Source: Amphiscolops sp. MND2022
Lineage: Eukaryota
Length of the DNA: 64,000 bases
NCBI GenBank assembly: GCA_964187785.1
Contig: OZ076409.1
Span: 87,174,001 to 87,238,000, forward strand
Direction: 5' to 3'
How positions within the stretch are numbered: position 1 is the stretch's first letter; each line of letters begins with the position of its first letter. Of the stretch, positions 21,901 through 34,622 are shown piece by piece. The notes under the pieces were generated by a model. It was not told where the DNA came from. It worked only from the letters and a program-made list of their open reading frames with translations, and did no database searches. Position numbers and translations under genes: made by a program.

Positions 21901-24900
21901 TTCCTGTTCACTAGGTACTCCTGCTAGAATGTCATCGACACAAAAATCCCGTAGGATTGCCTTAGACGTTTCGCTTGGAGTGTCATCAGCCTTGGCACAT
22001 TCTGATAGTGAACAGATTGAATGGTAGGAAGAGCTTGCTACGCCATACGTTACTCTTTTCATGCTGTACGTTTGAACGTCTTCATTGGGACTAAACCGCC
22101 ATAGCGGTCTATGGTAATCGCGATGTTTTTCATTGAGTTCGACTTGTCGATACATTTTAGCTACATCTGCACTTTGAAGAAGCGAAATCGATTCAAAATA
22201 TCAAAACTGTCATCCTGGAGTTTACGACCTACCATGAGACACTCATTCAACGATATTCCTGAAGTGGTCTTCGCACTCGCGTCAAAAACTACCCTCAACT
22301 TTGTGGTGGTGCTGTTTGATTTCAGAACACAGTGATGTGGTAAGTAATAGCAACTTTTTATCTCTAACTTTTTTTCAGGCACTTTTTCTAAATGACCTAA
22401 GTCAAGGAATTCTCTCACGAATTTACTGTACTCTTCGTGTAACTTTTTGTTGCTCAAGAGTTTTTTCTCTACGTTTAGGAAACGTTTCATCGCAGCTGCT
22501 TTACTAAGGCCTAAATTTTCAATTTTCGCGTTGAATGGAAATTCAACAACGAATCGGCCAACATCTCTTCGCTTAGTGGTTTGATCGAATTGAATTTCAC
22601 ATTCTTTCTCTTCGTTTGAGAGATGTTTTTTGTCGGAAACGCTTTCTAATTCCCAAAATTTTGAAATTAGGTCTTCAGTGCAGCTTGAAAATGCAATCAG
22701 TGACGTATTGGCTAAAATTGGAAAACTGTTTCCCCATTCTGATTTTTGGACAGGTCCAGAAACAATCCATCCAAAGAGAGATTCACGTATGACGACACCA
22801 TTGTCTTTAATTCGATTAACTAACATCACTTCTTCAAGCACATCAGCGCAAAGATGAATGTCTATTTTACCTGCCACATTGAACGTGGGGTCTGCTAACT
22901 GCAGATGGTTGACATGACGCAATTGTGAAACATCAATTGGTTTTTTAGGTATTTCGTTCGTAGTTTGGAATTACATGGAGTGTGGTCTCAACAACATCGT
23001 TGAGTTTCATTGCAATCAAGCCCAGGGTTTTCTGCGTTTTTGCAGCTCCGAGAGCAGCGATTGGTATTTGTGTTTTTTCAATTGGAAGCATAAGGGCCTT
23101 CGACTTAGCCTCGGTTATAAAACTAGTTTGCGAGCCAGAATCTAAAAGTGCACGCATGGAAATTTCATTGCCAGTCTTATCACGGAACGAGACGTAGGCT
23201 GTTGAAAACAAAACATTGTTAAACGGCGAAAAATGGGAGGGAGGAGAATGCAATCGGCATTCTGTTGTTGCGTTGCAGTGGCTATTTACAACGGTTTCGT
23301 GGTTTTTGTTTATTGTTTCAGTGCTAGCTGCATTTGACTGGATCGTTCTTTTAATCGATGACTTTGCTTGCAAACTCTTGTCGCGATGCAAGAGAGTGTG
23401 GTGCTTCATTTTGCACTCTCTGCAGGTATACTTAGAGGTACATGCACTCACTCCATGACCAGATTGCAAAAAATTGAAACATAACTGCTTTGACCTAACA
23501 AGTTTTGTCCTATCAGAAACAGACAGGCTTTTAAAATTCGGAAACGCATGAATTTTTTGAGGCTCAGAACAAGATTCGTTACACACACTTACTGTTGATA
23601 AGATTGGATTCTACGGTATTGCTTGGTATTGTTAGTATTGCTCGTTTGGGCTTGGGAATATTCTTTAACATTGCCAAGTTCGAGAGCTCGACTTCTGGAA
23701 TCTAAAAACTTCACGAGATCTTGCCACTGTAGAAGATCCGTGCCTGGATGGGCCAATTGCCATTGTTTTTTTGATTCATTATCTAACTATTCCGGAATCC
23801 AAAATATCAACAATGAGTTCCACGCATGTGTTGGTTCGCCTAGTTCTTCTAACGCTCTCCAGTGTTCGTTTGTTGTCTCTAGAATTTTGCGCAACCCTAG
23901 ACCAGATTCACACTTCATGCTAGGTTGAGACCATATTACTTTCAAATGCGCCTGCACAATGCAACGATTGTTTTCGTACCTATCTCACAGGAGAGTCAAG
24001 GCGATTTCATATTTGGCATCTGTAATCATAAGCGAGCTTATAAGTTTTGCAGCATCTCCCTTGAGACATGCTCGAAGGTAGTTCAACTTTTCTGACTTGG
24101 TTAATTGCACATTTGAATCTACGGATGCTCTAAAAAGATCTATTGATGAAGTCCATTGTAGGAGCCTGTAAACTTTGACAATTGTAGTCTTGGCAGTTTC
24201 ATTTTACTGGTGGTGATTCCTGAAGTGACGACAGAAGTCGAAGTTCTATGTGACAATGCTTTTTGTTCGTATGTATTATTGAGTGACTCTAAACGAGCAA
24301 TTGCAATACTGGATTTTTCGTCAAAAGTAGCACTTGAATCAATTTCAGAACTCAACTCATCCTCATTGTTTATCAAAAGTTCAATTTCGGCATTATAACG
24401 AGGTACTAAGTTCCATCGATTCTTTAAATTGGCTAAAAGAGCTTCTGCTTTACAACGTTGTTCTTCGTTTACTATCGATTGCGACAACATAAGATCAATT
24501 TTAGACTCCGATTTAGTGACGGCACCTTTATGCCCGCCACGAATGCGAATTAGTTTTTTAACATCACCTTTGGATTCGATGTTAGAACTACTTGTTTCGT
24601 TTTCTGCCATTGTTGTCAACTGTTATTTAACCTTTTTTCAAAAACAAATTATGACAATGGGAAATCTTGGTTTTCCCTTAAAAAAAGTACTGATGCGTAT
24701 GTGAGAGAACAACGCCGTCTTTCAGGTCTAACTTGACGACAATCGAGTGAATAAACACTCAAGAAGTCACCAAGAAAGAAGAAGAAGTCGAAGCGCACGC
24801 TAAAGGACGCAACATTAGCCTTATAGAACAATTTGAAATCGCACTCGACAACAATCGGGCGAGAAAACACCCAAGAAGTCACCACGTGCAATCTTACAAG

Positions 24901-24931
24901 CTTTTAGTGGCTGAACGACAAAAAACAAACG

Positions 24932-25528
24932 CTACTTTTTCTTTGCGAGCTGTTTCCGTCGCTTTTGTGACAGATTCTTTATGAATTTTGATCGATTTCT
25001 CCTCAGAAGCCTTTGGAGATTGTTTTGATGATGCAGAATGATTTGCTCAATATGGATTTCAATGCGTTCCAAGGTATGCAGTTTCCACAACTCTTGACTA
25101 AATTCAGCTGATCTCCTTTTTCGATTGGATCGCAAATGTTGTTTTGGACTGATTGTGATGTACTAGGCTTGAACCAGCTTTTTGTGGATTTTTGGGGTTC
25201 CAATTCTTTGATTGTATATAATAGCAATGATTTGTTCTCAAAAAGGCTCCAAAATTTTGATGAAGACGTCGGGTGAGCAGTACCAATTGCCGTTACTCCT
25301 ATGCGATGATAGGGAATTGTTCACAAGATCGTGCTAAATAACGATTTTTGTACAACTTTTCAGCCCTTTCTTGAGTAAATTTTGAAGTTGCTTGTTTGGG
25401 TTTTTGGCTGTAGGGTGAAAATTCAACCCGGGCACTGCAAAGACTTTACCTTGAAAGCTTTTGCGGATTGAAGTTGGGGCTTTGTCGATGGCTCTTCTCA
25501 AGGAGCTTGCTCCAATGATATAAACCAT
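24932..25528 (-). pseudogene. Accessory SGNH/GDSL-hydrolase-like ORF in the BEL 5' leader
   Basis: One 199-codon frame with 3 in-frame stops: MVYIIGASSLR..VPGL..IVI*HDLVNNS..KLH. Motif order resembles SGNH blocks I, II, III and V. Confidence 0.5.
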
Positions 25529-25543
25529 TCTAAAATGAAATAT

Positions 25544-25684
25544 GTGGCAGACGCAAACGTCCAAACTACCACAATTTTTTGTCCCTTGACAGTCAATTGT
25601 GGCAGACGCAAACGTCCAAACTACCACAGAACCAAGCTTTTGTATTTGTGAAGTGTGGCAGTCGCAAACGTCCAAACTACCACA
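25544..25684. repeat. Three direct copies of TGTGGCAG(A/T)CGCAAACGTCCAAACTACCACA in the BEL leader
   Basis: Copies start near 25543, 25598 and 25654. Confidence 0.8.
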
Positions 25685-26554
25685 ACGTTTGACAGAAAGT
25701 CCGTATCGGTGGACCAAAAAATGTTCTCGCTGAAGCTCTTTAACCCTTTGGTCAACAATTCAATAAAAGAAATCGGCGGATCACTCTGGCATTCCAGAGA
25801 ACAAAGGAACATTCTTCAGCAAGCGCTGTTGAACAGTCTTAGATTGCTAGAAAGTGAATGCAGTCCAAGTGATGATTGGGTCCACGTTGAATTGTAGATC
25901 CTCAATGAGTTGACTGTGAGGAAGTTTGATTCATATGAATGAATTGTGAACGCTTTTACTGATTCACCTGACAAATAATGCAAACTGTCTGCGTACCCTA
26001 AACTGTCCAATGCTCTAGCATTCCAGAGAATAGAGAAAATTCTACAAGAGAAAGAGAATTTCCAACAATTGGGTATTGGGTAACATTTTAGCAGTGAGAC
26101 TATTTTGCACGAAGCGCTTGTTTCTCAATTTTCAATGCTCTGGCATTCCAGAAACCAACGGAAGGTTTTATAAAAGAAAGAATAAATTTCTCAAGAATTG
26201 CCGATAAGGAAGAAATAGGGTTATCTTTCGTGGTAAGGTTACTTTTCCAACAAAACAAGATACTGTTGACGTGGCGAATTTGGGCATATCAGTGACGTAC
26301 TGCAAATTTATTGGCTAATCGTAAAGAGTTTTCCTTAAGTTTGCAATAAAAGCAATCATTAATAACATATCAGATAGCAAACAACCCATAAAAGACAAGG
26401 AATTGCGATAATATATCAGAAAACAGCAATAGCTTGGATATTAGGACACTTTTGACGAAATATTATCTATTTTGTAACATTTGAACATCATTTCCAAAAA
26501 TTCGAATAAAAGCTGAAATTCGAAATTTCGTTTCCAAGAAACATGTTCGTAACA

Positions 26555-26917
26555 GCCGATCTGAAGAGCCACTGATAACCGTTCCTTCAAAAAGCTGCCA
26601 GCTCGTTGATAGTCGTGCGAAAGACAGAGTTTTTTACAGAGCCGTGTGATGAAAATTTCACTGCTCTCGCCTGGAAAACCCTGTACTTCCAAGGCCCCAG
26701 GTTGAAAAAAGTAACCATTGTCTATTAATTCGCGATGCTTCTCGTATAGTAAGTTTACGCGCTCCAGCCTCATTGGCGGTGGTTCCGGGCTGCATAAGGA
26801 GCCTTGATTCAGGCAAATGGGTGCAAAAGCATCCACAACTGTGACATCCCACAACAGCTGTTTACCCATTTCAAAAGGAATCATGGAAACACCACCTGAG
26901 CATTTGCCATCAGTTTA
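26555..26917 (-). pseudogene. 3' fragment of an RLE-type (CRE/NeSL-like) non-LTR retrotransposon; second copy at about 45906-46132
   Basis: DGK(R)SDGVSMIPF..G..L.WDVTVVD..EVQG..RLSVALQ matches the restriction-like endonuclease C-terminus. The fragment is cut at 26554 by the BEL LTR. Confidence 0.7.
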
Positions 26918-27230
26918 GAGGAGGGAATAACGTCTAAAGGTCACCCGTGAATAACGTCTAAAGGAATAACATCTAAACTCAAAAATGGAACAAAGTCTAA
27001 AATTTCGAGAAAAATGCTTAAAAAGTGGAATAACGTCTGAAATCGGGAATTGTCAGAAATCGGGAAAAACGTCAAAAACATCAACAGCCTACATATTACG
27101 TCTGAAAAACGGGAATAACGTTTAGGATCCTGAAAAACGCTGTAAACATCCAAAAACATAAAAACGGGAATAACGTCTGAATTCGAGAAAAAATTCCAGC
27201 CACTCGAGATCTGAAACTGAAAAGTGATTT

Positions 27231-27739
27231 GGATGGACGGAAAAAGGTCGAAGGAACGGGATCGAAAAGCAGAGTTAGTCCTCGGGTCGACATGACAATT
27301 TTTCGAATGGGATCGAAATAACTCGGATCGAAATTTTGATTTCTGGGAAACAAATTGAATTGCCGCAGATGAAATTTTCTAGAAAAGTATAAAACGTGTC
27401 TCGGATATCTCCCCATTTCCTCTAATGCCCCGCGGCCACATGGGGCCGATTATGTTCCCAACTTGCTAAGCGAGGTCGAACAGGAGCAAAGACCTAGCGG
27501 GAACGGAGATTGCGAAGCGATCGTAGTGGGAGCTGGTCTTTGCGACGGTGAGGGCGAGCGTGCATAAACAGCATATGCCACACATTATGATAGTCAATCG
27601 ACTTGAGGCAAACAAAGAACGTTTTCGACCCGAAGGTTTCGATAATGTTCGACCGACTCCATTCGATCCCTGCAATTCGATCAAAAGGTTCGACCTCTGT
27701 CCTTTCGACCCGAAAAATTCGACCTATTTACAGCCACCC
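27231..27739. mobile_element. Foldback/Mutator-type MITE (TCGAA-repeat arms); second copy at about 46446-46954
   Basis: Ends GGATGGACGGAAAAAGGTCGAA / TTCGACCTATTTACAGCCACCC; perfect 9-bp TSD AAGTGATTT at 27222-27230 and 27740-27748. Confidence 0.8.
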
Positions 27740-28665
27740 AAGTGATTTAACACTAGTAAGCCTGACCGGTCAAATTTGACCGCGCGAGCAGTTTGCAACG
27801 CAACTGCAAGTGCTCAAATTTGATTGGCTGGAATGCACTTGTGACTTTTATTATTTTGGCTGCTGCTATGGCAGCACAAGGTTGGTATTTGTTTATCTCT
27901 CTCTGCATTTAAGTTTGACTCAAAAACTCACCACCGCCTGGAGCGGTCATATATGACATTTTTATCAAATTACGTTAAAATTTTTCAGAAAATGACTTCA
28001 AGACCACCTCAACGAAGGGCATCGGTGGGCGTTCGAGCTGCTGTGTTGGCAGAAGAGAATTCTGAAGATGGTTGCAGTTCAGAAGAACCTCAAGACATTG
28101 AAAATGCTGAAATTTCCTCCAGTGACAAAGAAGATGCAAATTTGGAACCAACTACCAAATATTCATCAGACTTTCTTGGTCGCGATGGTATAGCTTGGTC
28201 TGGAATACTTTGTTCAACGCCGGGAAGAGCTAACAGAGATTATTTCCCGACAACACGTTGGTGTTCGAACAAACGTAAAGGTCAAAGTACGTACGCCTTA
28301 TGATGCTTGGAAAAAGTTTTTCACTGAGCCCATCATTCGGTTGGTAGTGAAACATACAGTTTTGTTTGCACAGTCAAATGACCCACTGTTTACTCTCTAA
28401 GAAGACGAATTGGAAAAATTTATTGGGCTTCTGTACTTACGAGGTATGTTATGAAATTTGGATGTGCACTTTCTGTGGCGTAAAGAATATGGGCCCCGCG
28501 GTTTTGCATCTACTATGAGTCGAGATCGTTTCAAAACAATTATGAAAAACTTACGATTTGACGATAAAGCTACGAGACGTACAAATGACGACCGGTTCAC
28601 TCATATTCGCTTATGTGCCTTCATTCAGTTTGACGACGTTAAAATTTATTGTGTTTATGCCCAGC

Positions 28666-28851
28666 AGTAGTGTATATAATCGTATTTGACACCAGCGCGA
28701 TGGCGCAAGCGTGGCTCGGTCTCATCGCTCACAACCTCGCTTCGCTCAGCTGCTCACTCTTCAACCTCCCCCACTTGCTTCACCATTCGCTTCGCTTCGC
28801 TCCACTCATGGTGACCTCGCGCTAATGTCAAATACGATTATATACACTACT
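28666..28851. repeat. Polinton left terminus, self-complementary hairpin
   Basis: 25-bp arm 28666-28690 is perfectly inverted at 28827-28851, and the stem extends about 10 bp further with 2 mismatches. Confidence 0.92.
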
Positions 28852-28940
28852 CCGCTCCGCTTCACCCCTCACCCTTCAAGTTAATATCAAATCCCCCTTT
28901 CTATACTATTAGTTATTACTCAAACTAAAGGATATTCACA

Positions 28941-31900
28941 TTACATCCATGGAATGCTTACAATATTATTCAAATAACATCGCTTCTCATCAAATGCAGA
29001 TAAAGAGTTCTTTGTAACCTTTTGAAGAAACATATCATGATCTATAGATCTAATTACAAAATTTTCACATTCTCTTTGATAATTACCCCCAAATAAACAG
29101 TTATAATATTCTTCAAACTTTATATTCTTACTCTGTGATTTTGAGATACCTTTTAGTTTGTTAGAACTTTCACTACCACATTTATATGCATACGCTTTAC
29201 TTCTCAAACAAACAAATTCATCAATCCAAATACTCCCAGGTGTTTCAATTTTAAATTTACCAAGCACCTTTTTATTTACTTCACTAAATAGCTTATGCTC
29301 TCTATATAAATTGCTGAAATCAAAGAAATCTCTCAGATTATATAAATCGTTAACAATATCTTTCGTATTAACGCTCAAAACAAAACTATCTGTGTTATGG
29401 ACGATTAAGGGAAAGCCACAATTGAAGTCATGAGTTTCCGTTTGCAAATCATATACATAATCATTCTTCCTACCTAAATTTACTATCTTATGAACTTTTT
29501 CATCACTCATCTTATTGACTTTAAATAGATTAAAAACATTAAATTTATCATCTCGCATACCAATTGCTGTAATTAATCCTAAAGATTGACAGAGATAATT
29601 CAAACCAGACATTGTAACTTTATTCTTTTGAGAAAATGATATAGTTTTCCACTTACTCTTTTTAGTTCCATCAGCTGCATAAAAGCCAATCAAGAACCAC
29701 TTTCTATTCTCAAGTGTTTCATTCAAGATGTAGGATGGAATCCTTTTTTCTTTATCTTTCGTATAAAAATCTTCAAACTCTAAAGCCATCATCTTCTTTC
29801 CTGAAGAAATTCTATAGACATGACTCGATTCTCTGATATCATAAATTTGAAAATTCTCATTCCAAACTTCATCAGCATATCGCTTTAACTTCTCAATTAT
29901 TCTGAAATCTAAATTATTCAATGACCAACAGTACTTCACACCTGAACTGCAGTTGTAAACTCCTGATGATCCATCTCCTAAAAAGAAGCCTTTAACAAAC
30001 ATTTCCTTTTCCTTTAAAGACATAGCTTCTGTGTTATAAATCTTATCAATAATCTCATCAAACGTCACACATAACTGTGCTCCAAATTCAAAATGATTAT
30101 GTAATAGTTCTTCCCCTAAAACCAAATCACGAGGTCTGACTACTTCTCTACTCTTATTGAGTAAACTATGATCTTCAGTAACATCGACTATGCCATGTTT
30201 TGTTCTGATTCTATAAATATCTTTTTCTGTCTTATGCCTTATAACATTCTTAATATCTTTCCAACCTTCACTCGTCCAAACTTGAAGACCATTACCATCA
30301 CCAAAATCTTTTTCACCCCAATCAGTAATAACATTATCATCTCTATACCAATTTTCATCATTAATGATCTCATCAATCCTCAAAATTTTTACGTTCCCAT
30401 TTTCTTTCAAAATAATTGGTGTATCTCCAGTCACGCTATCCATATAATGACAATGTAAATTCTCTTTCCCAAAGTAAGGTTGAAATTTATCATAGTACGT
30501 TTCATACATCAATAACTTGCTCAACTCTAACACACTAAACCCAAGATATATTGGCTTATCCATCAGAACCTCATTCATCTTAAACGTGAAACTATCATAT
30601 TTCTCATAACACTTATGGATCCCATTAAACGTCAACTTAGATTGCCACTTCACCATCTTCTCTTCTTCATCTTTTTTAATGAACTCGATCTTAGTTCTAT
30701 TTCGCACATTCTCCATTGTCTTTCCATAGAACGCATTGTTTAATAGTTTGTAAAAATCTTTCTCAAAATCATTTTTCGTCCTATTTCTTTTCTGAGTATT
30801 GAAATCAATGTACTTCTCCAACCACTTACTCTGCTTAAAAGAAATCACTTCATGAACTTTCTCAACAATCATACCATGTCTCACATAAAACTTCAACATT
30901 CGATAATGTATCAAATATTTTTTCTTATCAGTCCAATCACATATTAACTTTTTACATTTAGCATAACTATCATGCTTCATTTTTTTCATATACTCAGTAA
31001 ACTTATCTTGAGGTGAAAACTTATTATCTGGACAGAATGGGAAGTTCACAGTCTTCTCTCTTATCCCCTCAGGATATTTCAAGTCAACTTCAACAAAATA
31101 CCCAACCTCACTATCATCAGGTGTATCTAATATATCTTCCAACTTAACATTACCATCAAATTTTATATCATCATATGGCAAATACTGGCTCATTGCCCAC
31201 CCATATAGATTATTAGCATCAATATATAAAATCTTTTTGTTTTCATCTGATTTAACATATCTATCCCCCATAACAGATGAAATCCCACCTCTAATATTAT
31301 TCTCTAACATTAAGATCATATCTTTATCTTGAAGTGTTTGCAAATTAATCCCAGTATATTTCAATCCACATTCCCAAGTATATCCAGGAAGACTAACACA
31401 ATATAACGGATTGATTTTAAATTCGTTTAATGATACCTTTATGAACTTCTCAAACACATCTGCTAACAAAACAACATCAGTTTTCAAATACAACTCAGTC
31501 AACTCCTTTCCAGTTTTAATCTTAAAAGTTTCAATGATTTCATTTGTTCTCTGAATCTCACTATCTTGAGGATATCCATTTTTCAATCTACTGAAGTAAT
31601 CCTCTTTTACAAGATCTTTAACTGACAACTGATAATCATCAAGAGATTTAAAATATTCATATGGGTACGCCAACTTCTTACTCAACAGCTCCCAATTATC
31701 AGGAAACTCTCTCTTCAGAATTGTCAACTCATCAACTGTTTTAACCAACCCATCTAAACTACTTGATAAAAATCTATATGAATCTATAAATCTAATACAA
31801 CCATATGAAATTGATATATATTCCTCATTTGTCTTGGGTATGACATGAAGGGGAACATTATCTGATTTTTTATCAATCAATGTTTTAAAGAACAAGTGAG

Positions 31901-33565
31901 AGTCGTAGTTACTGAAGTTGTGAAACACGAATGGTATGAAATTACTCTGTTTCTGTTTCACATTTATATTACACTTTTCATGTGCAGCCCCTCGATACCT
32001 ACCAGTCAGATGACAATGATCTCTGACAGCTCTCCCATCTAAGGGAAGTTCACAGAACCAACAATGAGTACTATTCTTAAAATCTTCCTCATCTTCTTGA
32101 GTCATCATAATCTCTTTCTTTGTATTCTTAAAATAGAAATTCATCTTATTCTCAATCTTTATGACTTCATTAACAAACCATTCAACATTATCCTCTCCAA
32201 AGGGCGAGAGATGCCATCCAGACTGTAGAACATTATCCATCTCAGATACTATGTAAAATCCATTACACATTGGATTTTGTCTGAAAATGTTTGTGGTTTT
32301 ATTACCTATGTTAGAATATTCTCTTTTATTATTACATTCGAAATCACCATAGATCCTGAAATATAGTGGGATCTTATGAAAGTGCTTCTTCCACATTAAA
32401 TGACTATCCTTGCTAACTCTGATAGCTGTGATATCTTGTTGCTTACATCTTTCAGTATGTTTCACCAAAACGTTTCATTTGTAAAGCAACTTAGACATCG
32501 ACGACAAACAAATTTTGAATCCCTTTTTCCTAAGAATACATGAAGTTTTTTAATGAGGGCATAGTGATTTTTATATATCACCAAATCAATCACTGTTTCT
32601 GAATTGTTCTCACTAACCTCAATAGGAATCAATTTATGTTTCCACTTTTCCCCCTCTTGATAGAACTGTAACTCAAATATATTAATAGCTAGATTATTCA
32701 TCTTTTCAAATTTAGAAACATCTGATGTTTTAAAAGGGAATTCCAATCCATCTGTTTTCAATTCTCTAAAATATTCTCGATAGTTTGAAACTCTATTAGG
32801 GTGAGAATTCTCACAAGGATGAAGGTGAGCTAAGATGCTCCATAGAAAACAGTACTTATCATTATTTTCAATGTTTAAAATAGCAGCGCTTCTAAGAGGT
32901 ATTTTAACATAACTGCTACCATTCAGTTCAACAGTTTTATAAAAGTATATAGTCATCGATGCAATTTTACAGAATCTCCAACCACTATCTTTCATCTCCA
33001 GATTTTCAATCAATGCATTTGTTTTTCCTTCTAGATCATACTTTTCAATATCATTCCAAGTTAAACTCTGATTGACCTCCAAACTAACATACTGTTCTAA
33101 CTCATCTCGAGTCTCCTTATCGAAAATAACTGAGAAGACAACTTGATATTTGAATTTATATTGCTCAATTAACCTAGCATATATTGCTGACATTTCTTTG
33201 AAGATATTATTCAGTTCGAGCAATTCAATAGGGAGATCATATTTAGGTTTGACAGTTATCTTACTATTTAAGTGTTTGGGGTGGTGTTGATCAAGATTAA
33301 CATCATATTGAGGTTCATATCTTTTAGAGAAGTAGTATGGATTTATCATATGTTTTGCCAACTCTTTTTCTGAGAGATTGACTTTAGCTCTCGCTAATTG
33401 TTTTAGTGTTGGGACCGATCGCGCCCTTCGTTGTATAGGGTCTCCCGGTACAACGCCAATATTGTGTAAATGAATTTTAGATTTCTCATGTCTCGAGAAG
33501 GATGCTGTGTGAATGTGTTTATCACACACTTCACAATATTTGGTATTAGGTTGCTGAGTATTCAT
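28941..33565 (-). CDS. polB: Protein-primed family B DNA polymerase (N-terminal zinc finger, OTU-like protease region, exonuclease with EndoVII/HNH insert, intein-split palm); one frameshift at about 32468
   Basis: ORFs 32462-33565 and 28941-32468 join across a split C2HC finger (CRRC...LVKHTERC). Motifs: YGDFE, HNFSNYD, YLKTDV, YIDANNLYG, KLLNNAFYGK, YMD|TDS, SKAY, KLKGI, EndoVII RDHCHLTGRYRGAAHEKCN, and putative OTU dyad DKYCFLWS / NHY. Confidence 0.93.
29394..30437 (-). mobile_element. Intein (348 aa) with LAGLIDADG homing endonuclease, in pPolB motif C
   Basis: In-frame 1044-nt insert between YMD and TDS. Block A SVTGDTPII, block B VDVTEDHSLL, LAGLIDADG helices FVKGFFLGDGS and FLIGFYAADGT, block F YVYDLQT, block G LIVHN followed by Thr+1. 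Confidence 0.95.
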
Positions 33566-33622
33566 TTACTAAATATATTTTTTTATTCAATTAATTTATT
33601 TCAACAAAAGAAATTTAATTAA

Positions 33623-34297
33623 ATGAGTTCTTGTATTAAAGACTTATTTGATTATGATCTAGTCAAAGTTTGTTCCAAATGTAGGATCGTACAAATGAGA
33701 ACAAACTTTCATAAAAATAATCAATCTTTAGATGGTTTACGTTCCATCTGTAAGAGCTGTTGTAGAATCTACTATATTGAAAACCGTGATCATCAGCTTG
33801 CATATAGCAAAAGATATAGCAAAAGATATCAAGAACAAAACCGTGAAAAAATACTTGAGTACATGAAAAGATATAATCAAGAACATCGTGAACAACACTG
33901 TGAGTATCAAAAAAATAGAAGACAAACAGACCTAATGTATAAGTTCGCAACAAATTTGAGGAGTAGAACATATTATGCCTTTAAAACTCAAAATGTAATA
34001 AAAAATAATAAGACATTAGACCTTCTAGGCTGCTCTCAACAATTCTTCAAAAATTGGATCGAATTCCAACTCTATGGAGATATGACATTAGATAATTATG
34101 GTCAAGTCTGGCATATCGACCACTGTCTTCCAGTGTCATCTTTTGATTTATTTAATGAAGATGAGATGAAAAGATGTTTTAATTGGAAGAACCTAAGACC
34201 GATGTATTCTAAAGATAATATAGAAAAAAGGGATAAAATTAACATAAGATTATATTTGTTACAGGAGATTAAAAGTAATTATTTTTTAAAGATGTGA
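33623..34297 (+). CDS. Free-standing HNH-family endonuclease with N-terminal Cys4 zinc finger
   Basis: CSKC...CKSC N-terminus. C-terminus NYGQVWHIDHCLP..FD...CFNWKNLRPM...N..K, a His-Me-finger pattern I associate with large DNA virus endonucleases. Intact 224 aa, opposite strand to its neighbours. Confidence 0.8.
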   Translation: MSSCIKDLFDYDLVKVCSKCRIVQMRTNFHKNNQSLDGLRSICKSCCRIYYIENRDHQLAYSKRYSKRYQEQNREKILEYMKRYNQEHREQHCEYQKNRRQTDLMYKFATNLRSRTYYAFKTQNVIKNNKTLDLLGCSQQFFKNWIEFQLYGDMTLDNYGQVWHIDHCLPVSSFDLFNEDEMKRCFNWKNLRPMYSKDNIEKRDKINIRLYLLQEIKSNYFLKM

Positions 34298-34348
34298 TTT
34301 ATTTTTATATTTAATTTTAATTTCAATTATATCTATTTTTTGTTTTTT

Positions 34349-34591
34349 CTATTTTTCTATTTTTATAATAATTTCTATATTTCTCCGATTCTGTTTTGGG
34401 GGGATAGGTCGAGCTCGAGGTTGTTGTTGTTGTTGTTCTTCTTCCACCACTGCGGGTAGAACTCTGGGTTCTTGTGGGATTACACCCCCATTTTTCTGTA
34501 AATGAAGTTTAGACTTCAGATGCCTTGTAAACGATGATGTGTGAACTTGTTTATCACACACTTCACAATATTTGGTATTCGTTGTGTTCAT
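34349..34591 (-). CDS. 80-aa zinc-finger protein, duplicate of the pPolB N-terminus
   Basis: YCEVCDKQVHTSSFTRHLKSKLH matches the pPolB N-terminus YCEVCDKHIHTASFSRHEKSKIH; TAAATG start. Confidence 0.65.
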   Translation of the reverse strand: MNTTNTKYCEVCDKQVHTSSFTRHLKSKLHLQKNGGVIPQEPRVLPAVVEEEQQQQQPRARPIPPKQNRRNIEIIIKIEK

Positions 34592-34622
34592 TTACTAAAT
34601 ATATTTTTATTCAATTGTTTTT

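Larger units (their letters stand above)
18135..26554 (-). mobile_element. BEL/Pao LTR retrotransposon, near full length but degenerate
   Basis: 5' LTR 25722-26554 (TGTT...CA on minus) followed by PBS-like TGGTCCACCGATACGG. 3' LTR about 18135-19274, preceded by purine tract GGCGGGCGG, truncated and interrupted by a MITE. Gag (LPRLQL), protease (ALLDSGSQ), RT (YLPHH, VVFDASA), RNase H (VFCDAS) and integrase (LDFAGP, SDNATNF, GGLWE) occur as broken ORFs at 19350-24619. Confidence 0.92.

Noticed and set aside
27466..27745. Identical 72-aa ORFs at 27466 and 46681 as a conserved gene
   Set aside because: They fall inside a duplicated MITE, so identity reflects DNA duplication.
29394..30437. Hedgehog-type or bacterial intein-like Hint domain, or an intron
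   Set aside because: It has terminal His-Asn plus Thr+1 and an endonuclease, is fully in frame, and its removal restores YMDTDS exactly.
32455..32480. Programmed -1 ribosomal frameshift in polB
   Set aside because: No canonical slippery heptamer; a 1-nt homopolymer deletion is simpler. Kept only as a minor possibility.
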